Below, piece by piece: positions 26,299 to 37,800 of a DNA stretch of 64,000 nucleotides. Within the stretch, counting starts at the first letter, position 1; the number at the start of each line of letters is the position of its first letter. The stretch is from contig BFEA01000010.1 in NCBI GenBank assembly GCA_003427395.1, forward strand, positions 2,497,202 through 2,561,201. Reading direction: 5' to 3'. The stretch is from Chara braunii (Eukaryota > Plantae > Charophyceae). The notes beneath the pieces are model-generated. The model was given only the letters and a program-made list of their open reading frames with translations, had not been told where the DNA came from and made no database searches. The position numbers and the translations under genes were made by a program.

Positions 26299-26920
26299 TG
26301 TCGACCCGTGGGAGTGATCTGTCGGCCAGCGGATCTAACCCTTTGTCCACCCCACGTCTGTCACCCGCGGGAGGGCTAGTTTCGGGCTTCAGGGACCTGC
26401 AGTGCAACCTAGTCAGTACCAAAGCACAGGCGCCCACATACCGAATGACGTAGTCCACTTTAGATGTCAAATAAAAACCCCAAAACACCTAACCTATAAC
26501 GTTCAGTTTAACGACATAAGAGTATGTCTCTGCACACGCTGAAACAATAGTGTTTGGGCCTTATCTTCTGCTGTGGCAAACCTAACGCAACATCTACATC
26601 AGACCGTCGGCTTATTCCAAGTCATATGTAGCTGACGCCTTTGAATCCAAGCCACTCCGCTAGAACTCTCTGAGTCTCGAACTCATTCTGGCTGATGATT
26701 CGGCAATCCACCTGGCCAAAAGAGCTTAGACCAAATTAACCTTCTCCGTTGAAATAGAATCAGAAAGTTACAGTCGGTCGAGATGTGCTCGACTTTGTTT
26801 CACCGTTGCTGCAGTCTTCTGTATCCGAGGCCCCCTGCTGCAGCAGTCCTTGAGATGTGTCACTGCTGCAGCTTTCTATATCCGGGATCCGCTGCTCAAC
26901 GGTATTCAATCTCTGGGGTA
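26299..26920 (-). repeat. 5' LTR of element C, truncated
   Basis: Highly similar to 17733-18357; similarity stops after CAATCTCTGGGGTATTT. Confidence 0.88.
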
Positions 26921-27096
26921 TTTGCTTGGCGGGCTGTCCGAACGTGTCTTGCTGCCATCGTTGCTTCATGACTTTCCTGGATAGCCCAAACATAGAGGAT
27001 TACAACCCATCTTCAACAATTGTCCATCTACCGCCCCCTTTTCCCTTCATTCTTCTTTTATGGCCCCTACTACTCTTTCCTTTCTTAGTTCATCTT

Positions 27097-27966
27097 TTAG
27101 GTGACAGCATCTTCCTCTGGCAGCTCGTACAATCGGTACGAAACGATTAGGTAAGTCTGGCCTCGGCCTACTTCCCGTAGGATGACGCCCCACAAGACGT
27201 GGTCGTTAATTAATGGGATCCTTGACCTTCTCGTCAAAACTGCGTGTAGTATGCGTAGTACTTCATACTTCTCCTCTTTGTCAAACGGCCCCTTCTCTAA
27301 AAATATTCGGTAGTATTCCTTGTAAGTCATTGCCTCTTCGAAGGTAAGGTCGACAAGGGCCGCTGCTGCCTGCCCGACGCGCACCTCGCCACCCATCCTT
27401 TGCACTAAAAAGTGCGACAACCTCATTTGTACGTTTGCACTAGGTAGAGTAAAGGTCTCCGTCATGGCCACCCTTAGGTCTGTCGTTACTTGATCATGCT
27501 CAGGGTCGGCGAACTTCAACCCTGTCCGCCATACCAGCTGCCATACGTCCCCGAAAATGCTCAGCAAGTCTTCCCTTGATGCTAACCTGACCCCGTAGGG
27601 GCGCCACCCATCCTTCGATAGGTACAGCCGCCCCTTCGCGAGTACGTGCCCTCGAGGATCCGGATTCCAACTGCCCAACACCCCTTCCGCATGCCATTCT
27701 ACTTTGGTTACCGGGCACACCATATTTTTCGAAAGTTTGATTCCGACCCAGTCCACTATAGGATCCCGGACTTCGTTCTGGGTGGGCATGCCGGTTTCTA
27801 TGCCGTCATCCCATTCTCTCGGCAGCCCGACCCCTAGTGGCCGGTCTTCAAGGAACGTCCTTCTTCGGCCACTTCGTACTGCCCTTCTTGTTTTGCTTCC
27901 TTTCCTGCGATCAGGAACTGCACCCTCAGTAGCCGGATGCCTTTCCCCATTTTGATCTCCCTGCAC
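27097..27966 (-). CDS. Unknown-family paralog ORF3 (left copy), open 289 aa
   Basis: Motifs RGHVLAKGRLYLSKDGW and YYRIFLEKGPF...EVLRIL shared with ORF1 and ORF2; start codon uncertain. Confidence 0.7.
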   Translation of the reverse strand: MQGDQNGERHPATEGAVPDRRKGSKTRRAVRSGRRRTFLEDRPLGVGLPREWDDGIETGMPTQNEVRDPIVDWVGIKLSKNMVCPVTKVEWHAEGVLGSWNPDPRGHVLAKGRLYLSKDGWRPYGVRLASREDLLSIFGDVWQLVWRTGLKFADPEHDQVTTDLRVAMTETFTLPSANVQMRLSHFLVQRMGGEVRVGQAAAALVDLTFEEAMTYKEYYRIFLEKGPFDKEEKYEVLRILHAVLTRRSRIPLINDHVLWGVILREVGRGQTYLIVSYRLYELPEEDAVT

Positions 27967-28069
27967 GTCCTGCTAAACTAATGTGCACGTTCCATACGCT
28001 ACGTTACCTCCTAGTTTACATGTATCCCTTACCCTTTGGCTTCCCCATGGCTTCCGTCCTTCCTGTCTT

Positions 28070-28810
28070 TTAGTCGAACCACATTACATCATCCACGTAG
28101 GACGGAGTGGCCGTCGCCTCCCGGCTAACTATGGCGTCCCAGGCCTCCGCGTCTATCTCTAGGCGATCATACTTACCTATTCTCAAAACGACGGGAACCT
28201 CCGAGGCTCTATCACAGTAGAAGGGTCCGTATTTCAACGAGGTCTCATAAAATTCTTCAGTCAACCAGGCACACTCTATATGTGTCCCTTCCATGGAACA
28301 GGCCACGTTTAAGATGTGGTCAAAACCCCCAAACCAATCGGCCACGAATTCGGGCACCCAGACCGTTGTTCGCAGGCCGAGGGGGCTCGAGTTCCTTCCA
28401 TCTTCCCATCACGACCCTACTACTGACTTCATCCTACCCTTCATTTGCGAACCTCTCTCCTTCCTTTCGGGTTTGTGCCTCTGCATTCCCCGAAAGCCAC
28501 ATCGGATCTTGTCCTGCCGCTAACGTAGTGCAAAACAAGTGTCACCCCTTCTCGGAAAGAACGACCGTTCCGATTGATTCCACTTTGCCTTCTGCTATCT
28601 CGTCTCATCCTTCCTCTTCCCTTATTGGGTTCGAGATCGTTCTATCCAGACATACGACAGTTCCGGGGCAACCTCAAATCCAACCTAGTCGTACGTGGTT
28701 CCTCTCCATTCGTTTCCCACTGGTATAGGCATTTCTACCCCCCCTCTGAGTCGCGTCGGCTTCCATCCTTTGAAAGTGCATTCTATCAGCAACAACTTCC
28801 TAGTCATCAT
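28070..28810 (-). pseudogene. Unknown-family paralog ORF2 (left copy), with stops and frameshifts
   Basis: GGVEMPIPVGNEWRGT...EGKVESIGTVVLSEKG*HLFC...FVADWFGG...FYETSLKYGPF; counterpart of 62912-63665. Confidence 0.75.
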
Positions 28811-28861
28811 TTATTTCCGACACAACGCCGGCCACTCATCTCCCCTAAATAAGTCCCCGCC

Positions 28862-29667
28862 TCAGAAATCCCAGTCTTTTATTTCATCCCCCTCACCATC
28901 GTCACTAAGGTCCTCCTCTTCGTCGTAGAACAATTCTCTCACCCCTTCCAAGAAGGTCTCCCCTATTGCCACACTTCCGTAGACTATCCCCCAGTATACT
29001 GGGCTAGGTACATAGACGTTGTCTATACTGAGGCAATTTAACACTTTGGCTAGCTCTCTCGCCCAATTTCCTTCAAAGGGCCCCATTTATACCGACGGCC
29101 GGAAAAAGTCTTGCCTGGCGCATTGGTACAGCCCAAGGTTCGTTATGGACTTGCATATCTGCACCAACCTACTCCGGGTTCCGAAGACCGCGTCTACCAG
29201 AAAATGAGGTAGCACACATCTAATTGTTCTCATAGGTCGTCTCACATTCCCCCGAGTTCCACTCGCACATCTACCCTTTCCATTTCCATCTCTGCCCAAT
29301 GACAGGCGACCCATACAACCTCTCTTTCTACCTTCCTAAACAATTTGTCCGGCGCGGTCCCTAGTACCAAGTCCACAACCATAGCATTTTCCCCATCCTG
29401 CGACAAGTAGACCCACCCTCGGGCTTCCACCGTCCCTCAGAATTCCAAATCCATCAAGCTCGCAAACAACCTCGGCGGATTGACCTTAGTCCATATCGTC
29501 TCTATCCAGAGGAACGCATCCTCCTCGTCCAACATTACAGTTTGGTAGGCAAGCTCTAGGTCCGTCCACATTCCTTACTCCGGGAAGACGACCGATACCC
29601 CATCCTTTACCTCTACCGGCAGTTCCGGACCGCTGGAATAGATTGGAGACGACAACCATCGCACCAT
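28862..29667 (-). pseudogene. Unknown-family paralog ORF1 (left copy), with stops and a frameshift
   Basis: MVRWLSSPIY...VEARGWVYLSQDGENAM...RQDFFRPSV*MGPFEGNWARELAKVL; counterpart of 62044-62844. Confidence 0.8.
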
Positions 29668-32497
29668 CCTGTTTCCAGCACCCGATTCCTGCTTCCATAA
29701 AAGAGCACCAAACGACCCCCTTTGGTCAGGTCAGTCTACGTCCTGGATGAGAATTATTTCAGACCTCTCATTACGGTCTCCCTAACCTACCCCCCTATTT
29801 TTAAGTACCATCCTTCCATCGCACCCCCAGTCGGCCATCATCTCCATCATTCCTTTTCTTGGTTCCATTTCAGCTGACCTCTATCTTCCTTCCTTTCAAT
29901 CATCTCTCACTCGTGTAGACTTAGGTGGTGAGGTGTGAATAGACTAGAGTTATAGCCCCGTTCAACAACTCAGAACTCGGTCAATCTTTACAGAGGGGGA
30001 ATACGAAAAAAAGACTCATGCAATTTCACACAGGTCGGTCATCTCATCACCGGCCTTCCTCAATATAGTCTCGCCACTGGTACTTTCGGTAGAGTTTTAT
30101 CTCGTACCTCAAACGCAGCTCAACCGTCGCGAGCGCTGTCGACAGTGTCGAGCGCACGGTCCCCGTTGGGGGAACCTTCCCGGACGCGTCACGCAGGATT
30201 GGCAGAATTCGCAAGTCGCTTCACGAGAAGGGAAGCGGCGGAACCGCTTCGACCGAGTGCGCCAGCTATACCTCCATCGAGCCCCTACGATAGTACAAGG
30301 TCTCGCGAGGTACAACTTACCTCCACCCGCGGGAGCTGTCACCATCCCTTGGGTGGGCGTATCCCCGTCGAGCTACTGAACCACATGCGAAAGTTTTTAC
30401 TTGCAATCGAGGAGGTGGCCCAGCCGAGGGTGTTTCTCGTATGCTGTAGCATAGAGGGTACGCGCGGTCCACGCCTAGCTCGGACCCGTACACAAACCGT
30501 TACGCTGGGGCGCTTCCCACGTGCGGTTCAGCGTCGGTCGACTAGGACATCCTAACTCAATCACGCGATATGCAACAAAACAAACTAACTTAGCCAAACA
30601 AAATAAGCCTAGTCCCTTTTTTATACGTCGTAACCCATAACTCAGAAAAACCAATGTGTCTGAGCGAGGCCCCCGCAGTTTTGCATAAAAAGAATGCACA
30701 CACGAAGGGAATCATAACGCGCAGTCATGTGTATTTACTTGATCTGCTGTCATGGGGACGCTTCATGCGTTTCCACATCCGCGCACCCTCTCATGGGTTT
30801 CGGGGTTGCATACGACACTCAGGTGGCGAAAGCAAAATATCGTGAAGGGTTCTTCCTCCACAATATTGCACGGCTGAAGGATAAGTCGTGTGGCGCTTGT
30901 TGCGCCCTGTCGTTTAGGTAGTGGGTGACGATAAGCAAGAGGCGTAGGCCCAGCTCAAGGGGGAAACCCTTTTGTGTTGGACCAGGGTCTGGGGTGTCCT
31001 GGACAAGGACCTCGAATTCCAGGCTCATGACCAACGTTCGACTAATAATTTAAAAACCAAAACCTCTCTTGAGATGGGATTCGCTCATCCCTCCCCTAAA
31101 GGAAAAAAAAAAAAACTAGTCACGGGTTGGCGAGCAATTCGCCATACCCAAACTAAGTCTTGGTCCTATCAAAGGTCGAGCGCTAAACCTTGCGCTTGGC
31201 TACCCCTGCCTGTTCGCTAGATGCGTGTGGCAGGAGTAAAATTAAAAAAAGAAAAGGGCGAGTCTCGGGGGAAATCAGGGAGAGTCATTCTCACAGCCAT
31301 AGTTGAACCTTGTCACTCAAACCCTGTACTCATCCATCCATATCACTCTCAATCCGGGAGCGAGTCCTCGCTCCTATACATACCTGCACACACATTAAAC
31401 CCAATGAAAATTCACATCCAATGCAACAAAATGTGGTCAACCCCTTTGCTCCCAGATTCATGTCCCACAAACCCCTTTCCGACCTCCACTCGACAAGGGT
31501 ACGCCCGTCCGATCTATTTCACACAATTTTTGCATCACCATTCAAGAGAGGTTCCAAGGATAGGTTTTCTTTCATACGGAAATGCCTTTCGCCTACAGGG
31601 TCTCAAACATTTGGGCATGGGTATCACGGTGGGTAGGAGTTGAGTCGCAAACCGACCTGCTATCAAACTGATAGCAGAAGTTGATGAAGCTCAAGACTTC
31701 GAAGAACACTCACAGGTAGCAATGCCCTGCGTCACAAAGATCAAGACAGACATCGCCTATCGAGTTAACGGAGTTCAACTCCGTATTGCACTCTAAGCTA
31801 CTTAGCAGTAGCGTCCGGTAACGATGTGAAAATCCTGAAAATTTCGGTAACACTTCCTTTAGGGAAGTGTGCTCGAAGAATATTTACTGTACCAAATCTA
31901 AAAAGAAAAACTTGAGACTCAGAAGATATCTAAAAATAAACGAACTCCTTGGTTCCAGTAGAAATTTCGGCAGCATTCCTTCAGAAAGGAAGGATTCCAA
32001 AATTCTTACTGACGCCAAACACTAACTATATTCTATCCTAGTTGACAGCTCTGAAACTTGACTAACTTTTAGTTTTTAGCAGAAATTTTGACAGCATCTC
32101 CCCTAAGGAAAAGAGACTCCCATAACTTCTACTAACTCAGAGGCTACCCAATGCCATACCAATACAAACATGCATGAAAAGACAAATGCAAAGACAAAAG
32201 TGAACATCTACCTCCCTATCGCTCAAGCATAAGGCGAGCACTAATAGACTACCCTACTATGCAAAAAAAAAAACGACAGAGCTTTGAACAAAAAAACAAA
32301 GCATTGTCAACAAGCATGTCATGTTCATATCGCATTCAACCAGTTCAAAACAAGAATTCGTTCATCAAAACTTTTCATTTTTCGCTTGTTCTGATCGCAT
32401 TATTCTCAGTCAACCCCATGCAATCACTAACACACAAGTCTGGACTATTCTCATAAAGAGAATACTAAGGTCTTTGTCAACAAGCAAAACCGGCTGA

Positions 32498-33026
32498 CTC
32501 AGCAAGGCGACCAGATCAGTCGAAACGACTTCACTTCAAGCCCAAGTTCAATGTCTTAGGCAAACGAGCAAGGCGACCGGATCAGCCTGGAGGACCTCAT
32601 TTCCAGCCCCAGTTCAATGTCTTAGGCAAATGAGCAAGACGACCAGATCAGTCAGAAGAACCTCATTTCTAGCCCCAGTTCAATGTCTTAGGCGAAACAG
32701 CAACGCGACCGGATCAGTCTAGAGGACCTCATTTCCAACCCCAGTTCAATGTCTTAGGCAAAACAGCAAGGCGACTGGATCAGTCTAGAGGACCTCATTN
32801 NNNNNNNNNNNNNNNNNNNNNNNNNNNNNNNNNNNNNNNNNNNNNNNNNNNNNNCTGGATCAGTCTAGAGGACCTCATTTCCAGCCCCAGTTCAATGTCT
32901 TAGGCAAAACAGCAAGGCGACCGGATCAGTCTAGAGGACCTCATTTCCATCCCCAGTTCAATGTCTTAGGCAAAACAGCAAGGCGGCCGGATCAGTCTGG
33001 AGGACCTCATTTCCAGCCCCAGTTCA
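32498..33026. repeat. 66-bp tandem repeat, about 8 copies (gap inside)
   Basis: GGCGACCGGATCAGTCTAGAGGACCTCATTTCCAGCCCCAGTTCAATGTCTTAGGCAAAACAGCAA. Confidence 0.92.
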
Positions 33027-33389
33027 TATCATCGCATGCAAACATTGTGATTCTTGCCACAGACAGATGAATTTACATGCATAGTAGATTCCCTTTTTAA
33101 TTCAGTTAAAGTCCTGAAAAAACAATCAAGACATATACATAAGTCAATGTCAATCTGACCAAACGTTAGGTTTGTATAGGTACTATGTAACTGTTTGAAC
33201 GCGCGAAATGCGCGTTCACGTTCAAACACCCCGGGGCCGCATTCAATAGCCTTCAAATGCTCTACACACGACGTGGCACGTTTTTTTTTGAACGCGACCC
33301 CGGGTCGTTCGCGCACGTGCCCGGGGCCACGGGGTGGTAGGCAGTGTTGTAGGAGATGACAAAAAAAAAAGGGCCACTAGTGGCCACAC

Positions 33390-34110
33390 CCCGATGCCCC
33401 AGCGCCCCAGCGCCCCAACTCCCCGACGCCCCAGCGCCCCAGCGCCCCAGTGACCCACACCCCAATGCCCGACACCAAGGCGGCCCAGCGCCCCAGTGCC
33501 CCAGCCCAACGCCCCGCACCCCGGCGCCCCAGCACCCCAGCGCCCTACCACCTCACACCCTGGCGCCCCAGTGCCCCAGCGCCCTAGCGCCCACAGCCCG
33601 GCACCCAGGCGGCCCAGCGCCCCAGCTCCCCAGCGGCCCAACGCCCCAGCTCCCCGGCGGCCCAACGCCCCAGCTCCCCGGCAGCCCAGCGCCCCAGCTC
33701 CCCGGCGCCCCAGCGCCCCATACCACGGCGCCCCAACGCCCCGCACCCTGGCGCCCCGGCGCCCCAGCGCACCAGCGCCCCAGCGACCCACACCCTAGCG
33801 CCCCAGCGCCCCACACCCCGATGCCCCAGCGCCCCAACCCAGCGCCCTGCACCCCGGTGCACCAGCGCCCCAACGCCCCACACCCCGGCGCCCTAGCGCC
33901 CCAGCGCCCCAGCCCAGCGCCCTGCACCCCCGCGCCCCAACGCCCCAACGCCCCACCACCCCACACCCTGGCGCCCCAGTGCCCCAGCGCCCCAGCGCCC
34001 CATCGCCCACACCCCGACGCCCAGGCGGCCCAGCGCCCGGCGCCCCAGCGCCCACACCCCGGCGCCCCTGCGCCCCACTGCCCTGGCGCCCCAGCGCCCA
34101 CACCCCGTCG
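33390..34110. repeat. GCGCCCCA-type GC-rich minisatellite
   Basis: Dozens of degenerate 8-mers GCGCCCCA. Confidence 0.9.
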
Positions 34111-34849
34111 GCCCGCCTACAACATGACCACACCACCCTACAACACACCCTCCATTCAATACCCCCCCACCCCCCCGCACCCCGTCGCCTTCACACCCCA
34201 TTGGCGGAACCTCGTTTTTTTCTTTTTTAATTATTATTATTTTTATAGAGCCCGTTTCACCTGGGGCAATGCCCCACAGCCCCCCCAAGCACCGCCGCCG
34301 CTCCCCGCAGCCCCGCCCCACCCCGCACAACCCCCTGCGCAAACGCATCAATCCCGTTTACCGGCGTTCACTGAACGCACGTTCAGTGCGTTCAAAAGCC
34401 AAACGCGGAACGCACGTTCAATGAACGCGCGGTAACACAAGGGTTTATTTAAGATTCTAATGGTATAGTGTCGGCCTACCTCTGAGTTCCCTGCCTCCAG
34501 AGTCCCCGCCTGGGCTCAGACAGAGCTCCCGCAATCGGTGGGTCGACCTCCCACAAACGCCTTGATGCGGTCCTACGGGTTGCAATCCCACCTGCCACCT
34601 TCCTCTCCAAACACAGACTAGACTGAGAGGAAGAAGGGAAGAAAGAGAAAGGTCAGACGCTCGAGATACAAGAAGGGGCCAACTCAACTCACACGAGAGG
34701 GCCTTGTTACCTTGATGCGCATGAGGGCCCCGCAATGGCGGCCAAAACGTGGCGTCCACAGTTAGACCGGTGGCCAGAACGAAGCGAAGAACCTGTCTCT
34801 GAAGAACTGAAGTTGCAGCAACTTCCCGATTAATGTGTTTGACACTCTG

Positions 34850-35330
34850 CTTAATCAGGTAAGTCTCCAAGCTTGCTCCTCATGCCACTCCCCTCAATCT
34901 AATGAGCAATACACCGTGCAACAGGTAACTCTCCAGTCCGCTGCCGGCCTGTTGCTGTTTTCTTCGATTGTGTGAGCAATGTACAGTTCAATCAGGTAAG
35001 CCTCCTGTCTGCCGCTGGCCTGCTGCAACTTCTCTCCGACCGCGTGAATGACGCACAGTCGAACAGGTAAGCCTCCCGTTACTACCGACCTGCTGCAACT
35101 TTCTTCAGATTGTGTGAGTGGTGCACAGTCGAGCAGGTAAGCCTCCCATTACTGCTGACCTGCTGCATCTCCCTTCCGATTGTGTGAGTGGTGCACAGTC
35201 GAGCAGGTAAGCCTCCCGTTACTGTTGCTGATCTGCTGCAACTTCCTTCGTATGTGTGAGTGGCACACAGTTGAACAGGTGAGCCTCCTGCTACTGTTGT
35301 CCAGTTGCTGCTCCCCTCCGACAGTGAGAG
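34850..35330. repeat. ~70-bp tandem repeat, 7 copies, each with CAGGT(A/G)A(G/C); two more units at 36420-36520
   Basis: CAGGT at 34856, 34922, 34993, 35064, 35134, 35204, 35276, 36439, 36509. Confidence 0.88.
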
Positions 35331-37437
35331 CAAAAACAATCGAAATGAAACTTCTGCTAGATCGTGGGAAGGTATGTTTCCGCACCAAATCCTTCACACA
35401 TATTATTTGCCCGTTATGTCAACCTTATGCCTCGTGTGTTCTCAATGCTCAAATATCATAGGTGAGTAGCTATTTTTCCCTCTCTCTTATCACATTATAG
35501 CTCTCTCCATGAACTTCCCTCTCAAATATCACCTTGATATCTGATCATTTGTCACGTATCCTAATCGGGGCATGCAGCAACAGCGGGAGTAAGGTAACCA
35601 ATGGCGGAGTGACAACGAGCGGAAGAATTTTGTAAGCTCAAACAAATTCAGAGCCTGGACTGCTGCTGCCCTGTCACTGTATCAATCAGGTACGTATCCC
35701 CTACCCCGCTCTTCAACCCTTCTCTCTTTCTTTCCTCAACCTGACCTCCTCTACTCATCCAATGCCCCTTCCGACATCATCACTAGACTCGGCCCCGCCA
35801 ATACTACCTTTATTGAACAACTTCCTCCCGCCTTGACACGTGCTCCGTGCTCTTCCGGATTCGGCCACAATCTTGGTCAGATATTTGTGCCACGGTAGTT
35901 TGACACAAACAACCGCAACACTCAGAATGTTGAAGAGGACCACGCTTTATGGGAAAGGAAAATTGTGGCATGAAGGAGAAGGTTGTGTACCGAGAAAACA
36001 GACCATTATTGTTGATGGCCACAACCACAATGATCAATACGACAGGCAACACAACGATAACCCCCTCGAAGATGCATCACCGTGACCAAGACAACGTCCC
36101 TGATTGTTACAAAGAGCAGTATGGTAAGCATAATGGCAATGCCCAGGCCTCCCCCTTCTTACCAAATTCGCATCAACGTAGAAAATTCTTCCGCTTGAAG
36201 ATGGAAAGCTGCACAGCCAACTCAAAACGTGAATGAATCTTCCGCTAAAATATAGGAAGATATATCCTTGTCTCAAGCAGCGGCCGTCCAATGTGAGGTG
36301 AGTCTCTGTCTCTCTCTCATTCTCTCTCTCTTACATCACTTTCTGCCTCGTCATGGTCGCTCCTCCTGTTCACACCACAAACCTTCGCTGTTGGCTTCCC
36401 GCTACTTCCAACGTTCGGATGAGCAACGCACTGCCCACCAGGTAAGTCTCCTACCCGCCGTTGGCCTTACGCTACTTCCATCAATCGGTCGTGCAACGCA
36501 CCTTCCAACAGGTAAGTTTCCTTACCATTCATATAAAGTGCAAAACGTGAATGAATCTCCCACAAAAAAATGGGAAGATACATTACCATTGGTAGAACAT
36601 CACATAATTCTTACCTCTTCGCGCTGCTCCCAGCGCTTGTATCACAAAAACTAGCACCTCATTGCTAATTCTGACACTGCCATCACTCTTGTAATGGCCA
36701 AAAACCCCAGCTTAGCATTTTAGTTCGTCTAAATCGATCGAGAAATGACCGAGATATGCTAATTTTCACTGCCTTATTCCTCCTCGTCACTTTCCTCGCA
36801 CCTCTCCCGCGCACTCTCTCTTTTACTTCCCCTTCCACTAACTTTCCGGCCATTCTGAATGCAGATTCAAGGTCGCCATGGCAAAAAACCCCAAGCTAGA
36901 ACCTTCCCCCGCTCCATTCTCTCAAGGATTGAACAAGATGACTCTTCTCCTCCCTCTTCCCCTCTTCTCTTCGCCATACTCTTCTTCTTCTTCTTCGTTT
37001 TCTGTTGTTGTCAATATGATCGTACTCTTCTTCGTTTAGCGCTGCTCCTAGTGCAGTTCTCCACACACGGTCCGTATACAAAACTAGACTCTATTATGGC
37101 ATGCAGTCATACCTCACGGTCTTGTAACTCTTTGACTTGACTAACGAGGTGGGCCCTACAAAAGTTCCCAACCCATTAAACACCGGATGAATCTTGCCTT
37201 AATCTACTACTTGGCTCGTTCACTTTGACAAGGGGGTTGAAATCTAGAGGTCTGGGTGACTCCGGGATTCACCTAAAACCTTATGGGCACTACTCCGCCC
37301 CTTATGGATTGCACGTATGTTTAGATCATGTCGGGGCATGGTAGTATTCAGGGGTGAGTAAGCAAACAAAACGTACTCAACCCTTGGCGTGAGCGCATTC
37401 TGATTTGAACTAAGAACCTATGTTTTAGTAATTTGAG

Positions 37438-37800
37438 GGTGTACCAGCTGAGCTAGGCCCACCGGTGTCACCCCACAGGCTAACTTTTCAACAGTCTGCA
37501 GGTGTACCAACTGAGCTAGGCCCTCGGATGCTGGTCCCACAGGCCTGTTTTTCAACAGCCTGCGAGCGTACCAGCTGGGCTAGCGTAGGTGCTCAGCCCA
37601 CAAGACTGTTTTTCAACAGCCTGCGGGTGTACCAACAGGGCTAGAGTAGGTGCTGAGCCCACAAGACTATTTTTCAACAACCTGTGGGTGTACCAACTAA
37701 GCTAAGCCCACGAGTGCTGGTCCCACAGGCCTGTTTTTCAACAGCCTACGAGTGTACCAGCTGGGCTAGCGTAGGTGTTGAGCCCACAGGACTGTTTACA
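37438..37800. repeat. 61-64-bp tandem repeat, 6 copies
   Basis: GTGTACCAGCTG(A/G)GCTAG...CCCACA(A/G)G(A/C)CTGTTTTTCAACAGCC. Confidence 0.9.

Larger units (their letters stand above)
17733..26920 (-). mobile_element. Element C: pol-less Athila-like LTR element (gag-like ORFs plus an acidic/TM ORF)
   Basis: LTR copies at 17733 and 26299, tRNA-Asp PBS, gag-like ORF; no RT/RH/IN motifs between the LTRs. Confidence 0.75.

Noticed and set aside
33243-34435. Pro/Ala-rich 359-aa and Gly-rich antisense ORFs resembling extensin or collagen
   Set aside because: Open in nearly all frames because the GCGCCCCA repeat lacks stop codons
35755-36291. Possible second captured membrane-protein fragment on the minus strand
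   Set aside because: Hydrophobic stretches fall in different frames and match no family I recognise
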